Of a stretch of DNA of 64,000 bases, positions 42,333-51,957 are shown in pieces. Positions within the stretch are counted from its first letter, which is position 1, and the number at the start of each line of letters is the position of its first letter. The notes beneath the pieces were generated by a model, which saw only the letters and a program-made list of their open reading frames with translations, was not told the origin of the DNA and searched no databases. This DNA comes from an uncultured Lachnospiraceae bacterium (lineage in GTDB: Bacteria > Bacillota > Clostridia > Lachnospirales > Lachnospiraceae): NCBI GenBank assembly GCA_947178125.1, contig CAMWXB010000003.1, positions 28,919-92,918 of the forward strand, written 5' to 3'. The position numbers and the translations under genes are program-made.

Positions 42333-44177
42333 ATGAAGAATAATTTAGAGCCGCTTTATGTGCTCAATCCATTACTCCTAAATGACTTTAAATATTATAT
42401 CTTAGGCAATGGTAAGGCAGCGTCTCAACTATTTGTTCAATTATGTTCGTCATTTGTTAAAATAGACGGTTTCATTTGCGATGAATATAAAGGAACAACT
42501 TTGTGGCATAAACCAGTGCTCTCATTTGATGATATTCGGGGCTGTGATAATGTTATCTGCATCACTACAAGAGAGACAAATGATAAAAATACTCGTGAAA
42601 AAGGAATAATATATCATGATCCTATGATTTTAAATCCTGAATTTGATAAAAATCAAGCGGTGATATTTGGCGCAGGCATGATTGGTGTGGAAGTTTTGCA
42701 TTTCTTACGAAACGTGAATATTGAAGTGATTTGTTTTATTGATTCTAATAAGAAATTAGTCGGTAATAAAGTTGAGGATGTGTTAGTCAGAGATATAACT
42801 TATCTTACAGAGTTATCTGAGAATACATATGTGATAGAAGCTGGAAAGTATTATAAAGAGATAGATGAGATAGTGACAAAATATGTTGATGGAAATAAGC
42901 GTTTCTTTTTGGAGACTCCTTATGGGGGAAGTAGTAATGCTATTTTCGTAGATTCTGATATTGATATTAATTTGAAGAGTGTAATGTTCTTGGAAGAATT
43001 TTTTGAGGAGAGAAATCTATATTTATATGGTGATTATGAATTATCTAAAAAATATCAGGCAGTTATGGAAATGTTGGGATTTACGGTTGGTATTATAAGA
43101 GATACTACTGATAATACAGAAGAAATGTGTATAGAAGATTTATTATATGAAGAGAATTATTTGATTTTGTTGGTAGAGGGCTGGTCCAAATTGATCAACA
43201 AACTGGAATGTTTAGGGTTTCGTGAAGCTGTAGACTATGTATGGATAGAAAACCCATATATTTTTTATAATTTTTCTCGAAATGAAATGTTGGATATGAA
43301 TTTAGGATATACATATATAATGAATGAGGAATATCCAGGAATTAAAATTTTGGGAAATAACAATGCTGATGATTATAAGATTGCTGTTTTAGGTGGAAGC
43401 ACTACAGATTCTGAAGCTTGTACGGTAACATCATGGGTAGATTTTCTATATTCAAAATGTGAAAAATATAGTGTAACCATATTTAACGGGGGCACTGATG
43501 GGTACACTTCGACCATGGAATTAATTAAGTTGTTAAGGGATATTCTAAGTTTAAATCCTGATATGGTAATAGTATATGATGGTGTAAATGATGCGGTAAA
43601 ACTTACAGAAAAACCTTATGAATTTGCATATTTAAAGAGAGCTCTTTCATTCGCCGGAACAAGACAAGCTAAAAATCTGGATAATGGTAAGCAGGCTTAT
43701 AATGCTGTATGGAGCAGATCATGGGCTCGTGAGGCTGATAGAAATGAGTGTCAAATAAATTCGGGATTTTCAGAAAATAGAACTCCCTTTGATATTTGGC
43801 TTAATAATATGGAACTTATGTATGCAATATCACGTAGCAGAGGTATTAATTTTTTCAGTTTTCTTCAGCCTATGCTGTTAAGTAAGAAAGAATCGGCATT
43901 AACATTACGGGATAAGTCTTGGATTAATGCAGAATACATATGCAGGCACCAGCGAGCGATAGATGCCCAGAAAAATTTTAGAAAATTGATGACAGAACGA
44001 AAAGTAGCAGATACGCATGATTATATGTATGACTTATCGGCGATTTTTGATACCGAAGATGTATACATGGATTTTTGTCATGTTTATGAACATGGTAATC
44101 ATATGATTGCAGAAGAAATTTGGAAAATAATAAAAAAGTATGTGGTGCAACAGAATGATGAAATTGGAGGAAAGTAA
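42333..44177 (+). CDS. multi-module protein: three PglD_N-like Rossmann modules plus a C-terminal SGNH/GDSL-like domain
   Basis: AGGAGG RBS before the ATG at 42333. Module copies are YYILGNGKAASQL...GFICDE, AVIFGAGMIGVEVLHFL...CFIDSN and LYLYGDYELSKKY. SGNH-like blocks are VLGGSTTDS, FNGGTDGY, YDGVNDA and DFCHV. Confidence 0.45.
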   Translation: MKNNLEPLYVLNPLLLNDFKYYILGNGKAASQLFVQLCSSFVKIDGFICDEYKGTTLWHKPVLSFDDIRGCDNVICITTRETNDKNTREKGIIYHDPMILNPEFDKNQAVIFGAGMIGVEVLHFLRNVNIEVICFIDSNKKLVGNKVEDVLVRDITYLTELSENTYVIEAGKYYKEIDEIVTKYVDGNKRFFLETPYGGSSNAIFVDSDIDINLKSVMFLEEFFEERNLYLYGDYELSKKYQAVMEMLGFTVGIIRDTTDNTEEMCIEDLLYEENYLILLVEGWSKLINKLECLGFREAVDYVWIENPYIFYNFSRNEMLDMNLGYTYIMNEEYPGIKILGNNNADDYKIAVLGGSTTDSEACTVTSWVDFLYSKCEKYSVTIFNGGTDGYTSTMELIKLLRDILSLNPDMVIVYDGVNDAVKLTEKPYEFAYLKRALSFAGTRQAKNLDNGKQAYNAVWSRSWAREADRNECQINSGFSENRTPFDIWLNNMELMYAISRSRGINFFSFLQPMLLSKKESALTLRDKSWINAEYICRHQRAIDAQKNFRKLMTERKVADTHDYMYDLSAIFDTEDVYMDFCHVYEHGNHMIAEEIWKIIKKYVVQQNDEIGGK

Positions 44178-44181
44178 TAGA

Positions 44182-45036
44182 ATGGAAGAATATAAAATAG
44201 GAGGGGTTGCGGGGAAAGAAAGATGTTTTGGGGTGTTTTCATCAGCATATGATGTACCGACATTTGGTATAAATGCATGGGAAGGTCAGGAGTGGTATGA
44301 TTTTAGTAAAGAAGTTATGATACCGCGTGTACAAAAAAGAATGGAACGAATTAAGAAAGCAGGAATATCATTAGTTAATGCCGATGCATATTTGTTTCCT
44401 TTGCTGCCGCTTATCAGGAGCAAAATTTTAGAGGGGAAAAAGTTAAAGATCGTGGATATTGGGGGAGGGCAAGGAGAGAATTACATTCGCATAGAAAGTT
44501 TTTTTGGTAGGGAATATTTAGAATATCATGTAGTGGAGCTCGGAGAAAACTGTAAAAATGGCAGGGAATTACACCTGCCGGGGAATATTTACTTTCACGA
44601 GAATGATGAAACAGATTCTAAGTGCTTGAATGAAGAAGCTGTCTCGTTATTAAAAGAATCAGATATTTGTTTAGTGATTGGAACGATGCAGTATTTTCTT
44701 TCATATATTGACTTGATAAAAGAGATTGCCGACACAGGGATTGAATATATTTATGTTGCCAGAACGTTAATTAGTAATATTGCTAATACATTTTTTACAC
44801 GACAGTATGAAGTGCTCAATGGTGGAAAATATAATAATATTGTCGTGGGCGATTGTGCAATGGCTGTTATTAACCATCAGGAATTGAATGTAAATATTGA
44901 TAATTTGGGTTATGATATTTGTTTTGATTTATTTGAGTCGGATGAATCTGAATATATTTGTAATTTACCAAAACCTTATAACGAGGCTGAATACAGGGAT
45001 ATGCTTTATCAATCGAGGAAATTCAAAACTTTATAA
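44182..45036 (+). CDS. putative class I SAM-dependent methyltransferase-like protein
   Basis: GGAGGA RBS before the ATG at 44182. KIVDIGGGQGENY is a glycine-rich SAM loop, and the N-terminus FGVFSSAY...AWEG resembles the LIC12133-type methyltransferase family. This is a by-eye call. Confidence 0.45.
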   Translation: MEEYKIGGVAGKERCFGVFSSAYDVPTFGINAWEGQEWYDFSKEVMIPRVQKRMERIKKAGISLVNADAYLFPLLPLIRSKILEGKKLKIVDIGGGQGENYIRIESFFGREYLEYHVVELGENCKNGRELHLPGNIYFHENDETDSKCLNEEAVSLLKESDICLVIGTMQYFLSYIDLIKEIADTGIEYIYVARTLISNIANTFFTRQYEVLNGGKYNNIVVGDCAMAVINHQELNVNIDNLGYDICFDLFESDESEYICNLPKPYNEAEYRDMLYQSRKFKTL

Positions 45037-45063
45037 TTTATAATATGAAAGGAGCTTTTAGCC

Positions 45064-45928
45064 ATGATAAATAATAATATAGGTGGTTTGTGTTTTAGAA
45101 ATAGACATGAGAATATATTTGATATATATAAGCAAAATGAAGGATTGCTTGTTATTTATGGAGCAGCAGCTTTTGGTAAGATGTTATTAGAAGAAATTGG
45201 AGGAGGTGGTAAAGACAAGCGGTAAACGTGCAACAATTATTATTTGTATAGGAACGAAGAAATTCTCTGTATTAAGTATTTACAATGATTTAATTAAACT
45301 TGATATAGAGGCGGATGTTTTTGATTATTTTGAAAATGATAGTGTTTTTTCTGATAAAAGTTTCATGTTTAACAGTAAAAAATATGAATTGTTTGAACAT
45401 TCCTTTAACTGTGGATATGTTGATTCAAGAATGACTGAGCGAAGCGTAGAGTTGGCATTAGCACAAGAGTGGCTTAAATGCTGCAGTGGTGAAGTTGTTG
45501 AGGTTGGGGCTGTAACACCATACTATTTTTATGATAAAAAAATTGTAAAAATAGTTGATCCAACGGATTTACACCATAGGGTAAATAACAAAAAGTCATT
45601 GTTTGAGTGTGATTTTAAAGAAAAAAATATTTTGTCAATTTCAACAGTTGAACATGTTGGAACCTGCGATTACGGTATGTCTGAGGAAAAGAATGTAATT
45701 GATGCAATAGAAAAGATTGTAGAAGAAGCGAAGTCTTTTCTTATAACAGCGCCGCTTGGATATAATGAATTATTGGATGATTGGATAAGAAATAATAGAA
45801 GTAATTCCATGATTAGAATTTTGAGACGCGGTATTAATAACCACTGGGTTGAGATCGGACTGCAAGATTATCAAGAAATAGTGTATGGTCCTTTGTGGGC
45901 ATATGGGTTAGTTGTGATAGAGAAATAA
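45064..45928 (+). pseudogene. split or frameshifted gene: a PglD_N-like module fragment (53 aa) plus a methyltransferase-fold-like body
   Basis: ORF 45064-45225 has an AAAGGAG RBS and encodes ...LLVIYGAAAFGKMLLEEIGGGGKDKR*. It overlaps a +1-frame ORF 45197-45928 (VVEVGAVTP...IVDP...ILSISTVEHVG) that has only a TTG start and no RBS. Confidence 0.4.
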
Positions 45929-45966
45929 ATCATGTGGTTGTATATAAACTAATATAAAGAAGGCTG

Positions 45967-47014
45967 GTGTTTGTAGTGGGAATATTGGAGGAAATAGCAT
46001 ATCTGCATATACATAATATAGTAAAACTAAGACCATTAGATATAAATATTGAGACAATAAATGTATGTCCTCTACAGTGTATTTTCTGTTGTAATCGTAT
46101 ATATAAAAGGGAATATACTATTATGGAAAATAAATTATTTGAAAATATTGTCAGGCAGTATTTTCAATTAGGGGGCGGCGGTTTGGGTATTAGCTCTATG
46201 CAGTCGGATTTTTTTTTCGGATCCTATATTAATAGACAGAATGAAAATTATTAAAAAGTATAAAAAAAGATTATGGGTATATGGTACTACACCGCTGATA
46301 TCCTGTAAAAGATACAGTGATAAAGAATTGTTATATATTTTACGGTTATTCAATCTTCTTCAGATTTCAGTAGAAGGCTACGATAAGGAAACTTATCAAA
46401 TCATGGCTGGTATTAATGGTTTTGATGTTTTTATGGAGCAGTTAAAAAGGATTGAGAGAATTAAAGAGGAAAATTCGTTAGAGGTAAAGATTGATATATG
46501 TTTTAGAACAAACAATAAGGAAAAATTATTGAGAAGTGAATTATATAAAGAATTAAGTCGTAAGTTTAACATTTATGATATAAAGGATACGTTTTTTTCT
46601 TGGTTTGGGTCTATCAAGAAAGAAGATCTTCCCAAAGGCGCAAAACTGCTATTGAAGTATAACAGTGGAAAAAAAGAAAACTGTAGTAATGCCAATGTTT
46701 CCATGACAGTTACGCCGGATGGTAAAGTGTTGGGATGCGGCTGTATTGACTGGCTGGGCAAATATGTTATAGGAGATTGCAGGAAAAACACATTACAGGA
46801 AATTTGGAGAAGTCCTAAAGCTATAAAATTCAGAAACGCTTTTAAAGATGGGAAATTGCCGTCAATTTGTGAAGAATGTGGATTATATACTTCATTTGAA
46901 GCTGGTATGAAAGATAAAGGTTTAATTAATTATAAGCCGACAGATGGACTGGTTTATCTGGTACGGCAAGAAAATAAGTGGGTGAGAAAATATGGAAAAA
47001 TTGGAATTAATTAA
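45967..47014 (+). pseudogene. radical SAM / SPASM-domain enzyme interrupted by a frameshift at a T9 tract
   Basis: A CX3CX2C motif (CPLQCIFC) lies in ORF 45967-46254, and the Cys-rich SPASM-like C-terminus (CSNANVS...GCGC...GDC...SICEECGLY) lies in ORF 46241-47014. The frames differ by +1 across T9 at 46209-46217. A T8 tract would read ...QSDFFSDPILIDRMKIIKKY... continuously. Confidence 0.65.
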
Positions 47015-47429
47015 AAAGAAAGAAAAGTTGCTGGCAATGATCATCAGAAATGATTATGTATGTGATGGAGTAGATTTTATTACTTCAAACGAGTATTCAC
47101 AGCAGGTGGCTTATATGCATCATCCTGCAGGAAAAACGATAGATGCGCATATACATAATATGATTCATAGGAATGTAGTACTTACTCAGGAAGTGCTGTT
47201 TATTAAAAAGGGAAAGCTGAGGGTAGATTTTTATGATGATTATGAAGATTATCTTGAAAGTCGTATATTGAATTATGGGGATGTAATTTTATTGGTATCA
47301 GGAGGTCATGGATTTCAGGTATTGGAAGAAGTGGAAATGATAGAAGTAAAGCAGGGGCCATATTCCGGGGAAATGGATAAGAAGCGTTTTGCTGGAATAT
47401 CTGAGGAAGAAGTAAAAATAAAAGAATAA
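46992..47429 (+). CDS. cupin-fold protein (WbuC / sugar ketoisomerase-like)
   Basis: The 145-aa product has HHPAGKTIDAHIH...GDVILLVSGGHGFQVLEE, a cupin His/Gly pattern. It lies directly upstream of the DegT aminotransferase. Confidence 0.5.
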   Translation: MEKLELIKKKEKLLAMIIRNDYVCDGVDFITSNEYSQQVAYMHHPAGKTIDAHIHNMIHRNVVLTQEVLFIKKGKLRVDFYDDYEDYLESRILNYGDVILLVSGGHGFQVLEEVEMIEVKQGPYSGEMDKKRFAGISEEEVKIKE

Positions 47430-47448
47430 TAATTTATAAGGAGAAATT

Positions 47449-48576
47449 ATGGATTTCATACCGGTAAACGAACCGCTATTAAACGGAAATGAAAAAAAAT
47501 ATTTGTGCGAATGTATTGATACAGGATGGATTTCGGCGGAAGGTCCTTTTGTAAAAAAGTTTGAACAAAGAATGAGTGAAACTGTTGATAGGAAATATGG
47601 CATTGCAGTATCCAATGGCACTGCGGCATTGGAAGTTGCTGCTATGGCAATTGGAATTGAGGCGGGCGATGAAATTATTATGCCTTCATTTACAATTATT
47701 TCATGTGCAATGGCAGTTACCAAACTGGGAGCGGTTCCAGTATTGGTAGATAGTGATTTGCATACATGGAATATGAATGTGAATGAAATAGAAGCTAAAA
47801 TAACAAATAAGACAAAGGCAATTATGATTGTTCATTTGTATGGATTACCGGTGGAAATAGATGCAGTTCTTGAATTGGCCCAAAAGTATAATTTAAAGGT
47901 TATTGAGGATGCGGCGGAAATGCATGGACAGACTTATAAAGGAAGGCCTTGTGGAAGCTTTGGGGATATTAGTACATTTAGCTTTTATCCAAATAAGCAT
48001 ATTACTACCGGAGAAGGCGGCATGGTTGTTACTGATGATGAAAAATTAGCAGAAAGATGTCGTATGCTTAGAAATTTATGTTTCAGAAAAGATGTTAGGT
48101 ATGTGCATGATGAAATAAGTGATAATTACCGTTTTACTAATCTGCAGGCAGCGGTAGGACTGGCGCAGTTAGAGAGATTGGATGAATTTATAGAGCGTAA
48201 AAGGGAAATGGGAAGATATTATACTGAAAAGCTGCGTGATGTAAAAGGCTTAATACTCCCTGTTGAAAAGACCGATTATGCTGATAATATATACTGGGTA
48301 TATGGTCTGGTATTAGACGAAAGTATTCAGTGTGATAATCAGACTGTACAAAAACTGCTTGCAGAGAAGGGTATTGGTTCAAGAACATTTTTTTGGTGTA
48401 TGCATGAGCAGCCCGTATACAAGAACGCTGGGTTATTTTCTAAAGAAATTTATGTTAATGCAGAATATCTGGCAAGGAAGGGATTCTATATTCCGAGTGG
48501 TTTAGCCTTAACGAAGGAACAGATGGATAAAGTAATTGTAACGTTAAGAGATATAATGGAGAAGGTAATTGTATAA
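47449..48576 (+). CDS. DegT/DnrJ/EryC1/StrS-family PLP-dependent sugar aminotransferase
   Basis: VSNGTAALEVAAMAIGIEAGDEIIMPSFT, IEDAAEMHG and FSFYPNKHITTGEGGMVVTDD (PLP lysine). Confidence 0.9.
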   Translation: MDFIPVNEPLLNGNEKKYLCECIDTGWISAEGPFVKKFEQRMSETVDRKYGIAVSNGTAALEVAAMAIGIEAGDEIIMPSFTIISCAMAVTKLGAVPVLVDSDLHTWNMNVNEIEAKITNKTKAIMIVHLYGLPVEIDAVLELAQKYNLKVIEDAAEMHGQTYKGRPCGSFGDISTFSFYPNKHITTGEGGMVVTDDEKLAERCRMLRNLCFRKDVRYVHDEISDNYRFTNLQAAVGLAQLERLDEFIERKREMGRYYTEKLRDVKGLILPVEKTDYADNIYWVYGLVLDESIQCDNQTVQKLLAEKGIGSRTFFWCMHEQPVYKNAGLFSKEIYVNAEYLARKGFYIPSGLALTKEQMDKVIVTLRDIMEKVIV

Positions 48577-48612
48577 AATACAGGGATTGTTTTAAGTTTG
48601 TAGGAGGCAGAT

Positions 48613-49371
48613 GTGGAAGTATTTAAGGATTATGCTTATTATTATAATGCATTTTACCAGGACAAAGATTATGTGGCTGAGGCAGTGCAGATTGATTTTT
48701 TATTAAAAAAATATGGGAAAGATATTTCAACAGTTATTAATTATGGCTGTGGTACGGGAAGACATGATATAGAGCTTGCTAAGATGGGATATCATTGTAC
48801 AGGAATCGATATGAGTGAGCTTATGATTGAGATTGCCAATAATAATGTTCGTAACCAAGATATGGGAATTTTTTTTTCGACGGAAGATATTCGGAAATTT
48901 GAATCTAAAATACAATATGATGCGGTAATATCATTATTTCATGTTATGAGCTATCAAAATAGGAATGAGGATATCTTATCAGCTTTCCGTTCTGCGAGAA
49001 GCGCATTGAATTCAGGTGGATTGTTTTTATTTGATGTGTGGTATGGACCGGGGGTTCTAAATGATAAACCTTGTGTCAGGGTCAAAGATATAGAGGATGA
49101 GAAGAATAAGCTGATAAGAATTGCAAGGCCAATTATGTATGACAAAGATAATGTGGTAGATGTTTGTTATGAAGTCTTTATTATTGATAAAGAAACCGGA
49201 GAGACGAAAGTCATTCATGAAACACACAGCATGAGGTATTTTTTTAGACCGGAATTAAATTTTTACTTAAAAGAGACTGGCTTTGAATTGATTGATAATT
49301 TAGATTGCAAAACGCTTGGCAAAACGGACTATAATTCATGGACAAGCTATTTTATTGCAAGAGCAATTTAG
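48613..49371 (+). CDS. class I SAM-dependent methyltransferase
   Basis: GTG start with an AGGAGG RBS. Motif I is INYGCGTGRHDIELAKMGYHCTGIDMSELMIE, and post-I is DAVISLFHVMSY. Confidence 0.8.
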   Translation: MEVFKDYAYYYNAFYQDKDYVAEAVQIDFLLKKYGKDISTVINYGCGTGRHDIELAKMGYHCTGIDMSELMIEIANNNVRNQDMGIFFSTEDIRKFESKIQYDAVISLFHVMSYQNRNEDILSAFRSARSALNSGGLFLFDVWYGPGVLNDKPCVRVKDIEDEKNKLIRIARPIMYDKDNVVDVCYEVFIIDKETGETKVIHETHSMRYFFRPELNFYLKETGFELIDNLDCKTLGKTDYNSWTSYFIARAI

Positions 49372-49400
49372 AAAACATATGTGATATAAGGATGAATAAT

Positions 49401-50738
49401 ATGGTGAATGTAAACTTAAATTATGATTATTATGATTATGTTAGGAACAATCCGGATTGTAAGGTTATTATGTATGGAGCTGGATATGAAGCAAGGAAAA
49501 ATTATAAATATTTTGACCGTATAGATTACTTTTGTGATCAAAAAGCAAAAAGTATTGAACTAATTGAAAATATTCCATGTTTATTGCCGGAAGAACTTGT
49601 GGAAATTCAAGGAAAAATGATTATTATTATCTGTATCAGGAACAAGAGTGTTGCAGAACATGTATGCTTAATGCTAGGCCGGTTACCAATAGACGCAGAA
49701 GTATTTTGTTTTTTCGATAATCCGGCTTGTTCAACTTATGATGACTCACCTTATTTATATCATTTGAATGCTAAGGATAAATTAAAAATATGTATTGTAT
49801 CAAGAAATGATGATTGGATATTAGGTAAGTTTACAAGAAAATTGCAAGAGGAGTTATGTAGACTGGGACAGGAGGCTTATATATCGAGCGAAGAAGACCC
49901 TGAAGCAGATATAAATCATTATGTGCATTTTGAGTTTCTTAGCAGAATTTATGGAAACGGAACTACTGTGAGGACAACAATGATTACGCATTCAGATTGT
50001 TTGTTCCATAAAGAAAGAATAAAGTATCATGCGCAGAATGGTGTTACCGGGATCTGCATGTCTTCGTATACATTAAATATGCTTTCGATTTGTGGAATAC
50101 CAAGAGATAAATTGTGTTATGTAAACCCGGCCCATGATGGAGATATTAAGCCAAGGAAAATAGTAATAGGAATTACATATCGTTGTCATTCGGATTATGA
50201 TCTCAGAAAAAGAGATGATTTGATTTTGCAGGTATGTAAACAGCTTGATGCCTGTTTCTTTAAGCTGAGGATTATGGGAGATGGATGGGATGAAACAGTT
50301 AGTCAGTTAGAAAAAATGGGATTTGAGGTTGACTACTATCCTGATTTTGACAGGGAAATATATAAAGAATTGATGCCCAGTCTGGATTATTGGTTTTTTT
50401 CCGGTTTTGATGAAGGCGGTATGGGATATCTGGATGCGTTGGCAGCTGGTGTAAAGACAATTGTTACGCCGCAGGGATTTCATTTGGATGCAAAAGGTGG
50501 ATTGACTTATCCATGTAGTACCATTGAAGATTTTACTAATGTTTTAAAACAGATTCAGGAGGAAAAAAGAAAAATTACAGAAGCGGTAAAAGGTTGGACT
50601 TGGGAGAACTATGCCAAAAAACATTTGGAAATATGGCAATATCTTACGCGCTCAAAACCGCTGAAAGAAATATATCTTCACCAAAGCGAGTATATGGATG
50701 GAATCTTTTCCTTGTTGATATGCGATAGCAGAGGGTAA
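49401..50738 (+). CDS. PglD_N-like module fused to a putative GT-B-type glycosyltransferase-like domain
   Basis: N-terminus KVIMYGAGYEARKNYKYFDRIDYFCDQ. C-terminus GFDEGGMGYLDALAAGVKTIVTPQGFH resembles the GT1/GT4 E-x7-E region. The start is ambiguous among 49338, 49392 and 49401. Confidence 0.35.
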   Translation: MVNVNLNYDYYDYVRNNPDCKVIMYGAGYEARKNYKYFDRIDYFCDQKAKSIELIENIPCLLPEELVEIQGKMIIIICIRNKSVAEHVCLMLGRLPIDAEVFCFFDNPACSTYDDSPYLYHLNAKDKLKICIVSRNDDWILGKFTRKLQEELCRLGQEAYISSEEDPEADINHYVHFEFLSRIYGNGTTVRTTMITHSDCLFHKERIKYHAQNGVTGICMSSYTLNMLSICGIPRDKLCYVNPAHDGDIKPRKIVIGITYRCHSDYDLRKRDDLILQVCKQLDACFFKLRIMGDGWDETVSQLEKMGFEVDYYPDFDREIYKELMPSLDYWFFSGFDEGGMGYLDALAAGVKTIVTPQGFHLDAKGGLTYPCSTIEDFTNVLKQIQEEKRKITEAVKGWTWENYAKKHLEIWQYLTRSKPLKEIYLHQSEYMDGIFSLLICDSRG

Positions 50739-50756
50739 TAATATTTTGTATGGAGT

Positions 50757-51944
50757 ATGGTTATGAAAGATTCTAATGTGTATTTGAAATTACTTGATTG
50801 TTGTCAGGTAGGAAATAGAGTATATTTTTTAAGTATTACCTTTAATGGACTCTTTTATTTAGATATAGAGGATTTTTCTATACATTTTGTTCATAATTTT
50901 TCGTTCGAACGTAAAAATATTCAAGTGCTAAGTGAATTAAGCCTTTATCATGAAAATGCGCTTTATTTCTTTCCTCACAGTACGAATGTCATTATGAAAT
51001 ATGATATTATGAAACGGCATGAAGAAAGCATACCTATGAATGGTTATAGGTGGAAATTTTTTGCAGCTGCAGGTATTATAAGGCAGCATAATTTGGTATA
51101 TATTTTCTCACTGCACTTGAAAAATGGAATATATGTATTTAATTTGCAAAATCAAAATGTTGAAAAGGATAGAAAATTAAGTTCATTATTTGAGGATGAT
51201 TCTGTCTGCAGCAGTGTATTTTTAATAAACGATAATTGCGTATTGATAAGTATGCTTGGAACTAATCGGTTTGTAGAGGTAAATTTAGACACAAAGCAGA
51301 TTATCTCTGTCAAAACATTAAACGCCGACATAGACATATATTCAGTATGTTATGATGGGAATAGCTATTGGATTTTATCAAGATGCTCAACGGATATTTA
51401 TGAGTGGAATAGAGAAAATGATACATTACAGGTATATAAAAATGAGAATGCAATATGGGAAGAACCAAAATACAGACCATATTCAACTATGATTTTTCTT
51501 GAAGATGAAATACTGGTACTGAATGGTTCTTTAAAGAGTATTCTACATGTGAATAAAGAAAAGAAAACAATAGATGATCCGATCGTAATGCCACAAGGAT
51601 ATCGCCTGGTTAATGATAATCTTAATCATTTGAATATTTATAATTGTTATACTGTTTTGGATGATAAAGTATTAATATATCCATGCAGGGGAAATATGCT
51701 GTTAATTTACGATAAAGCGACCAGAAGTATGTTAGGAAAGGAATTTACAGTTTCCGAAACTGAAGTTACCTATTTGAAGGAAGTATTACAAGAAGATTTT
51801 ATGGGAGAAAAAATATGTACTGAAAATGAGAATCTGGATACCTTAGATAGATTTTTACAAATTGTAGAAACAAATCAAAGCCCCAGTCAGCTTTCAGTAG
51901 CTGAAGATATAGGGCAATTGATTTTTGAACAGACAATTAAATGA
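50757..51944 (+). CDS. hypothetical protein (395 aa), possibly repeat or beta-rich
   Basis: The ORF is densely packed within the operon. I recognised no catalytic motif. An alternative ATG at 50763 has better spacing to the GGAG. Confidence 0.4.
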   Translation: MVMKDSNVYLKLLDCCQVGNRVYFLSITFNGLFYLDIEDFSIHFVHNFSFERKNIQVLSELSLYHENALYFFPHSTNVIMKYDIMKRHEESIPMNGYRWKFFAAAGIIRQHNLVYIFSLHLKNGIYVFNLQNQNVEKDRKLSSLFEDDSVCSSVFLINDNCVLISMLGTNRFVEVNLDTKQIISVKTLNADIDIYSVCYDGNSYWILSRCSTDIYEWNRENDTLQVYKNENAIWEEPKYRPYSTMIFLEDEILVLNGSLKSILHVNKEKKTIDDPIVMPQGYRLVNDNLNHLNIYNCYTVLDDKVLIYPCRGNMLLIYDKATRSMLGKEFTVSETEVTYLKEVLQEDFMGEKICTENENLDTLDRFLQIVETNQSPSQLSVAEDIGQLIFEQTIK

Positions 51945-51957
51945 TCATGGTGATAAT

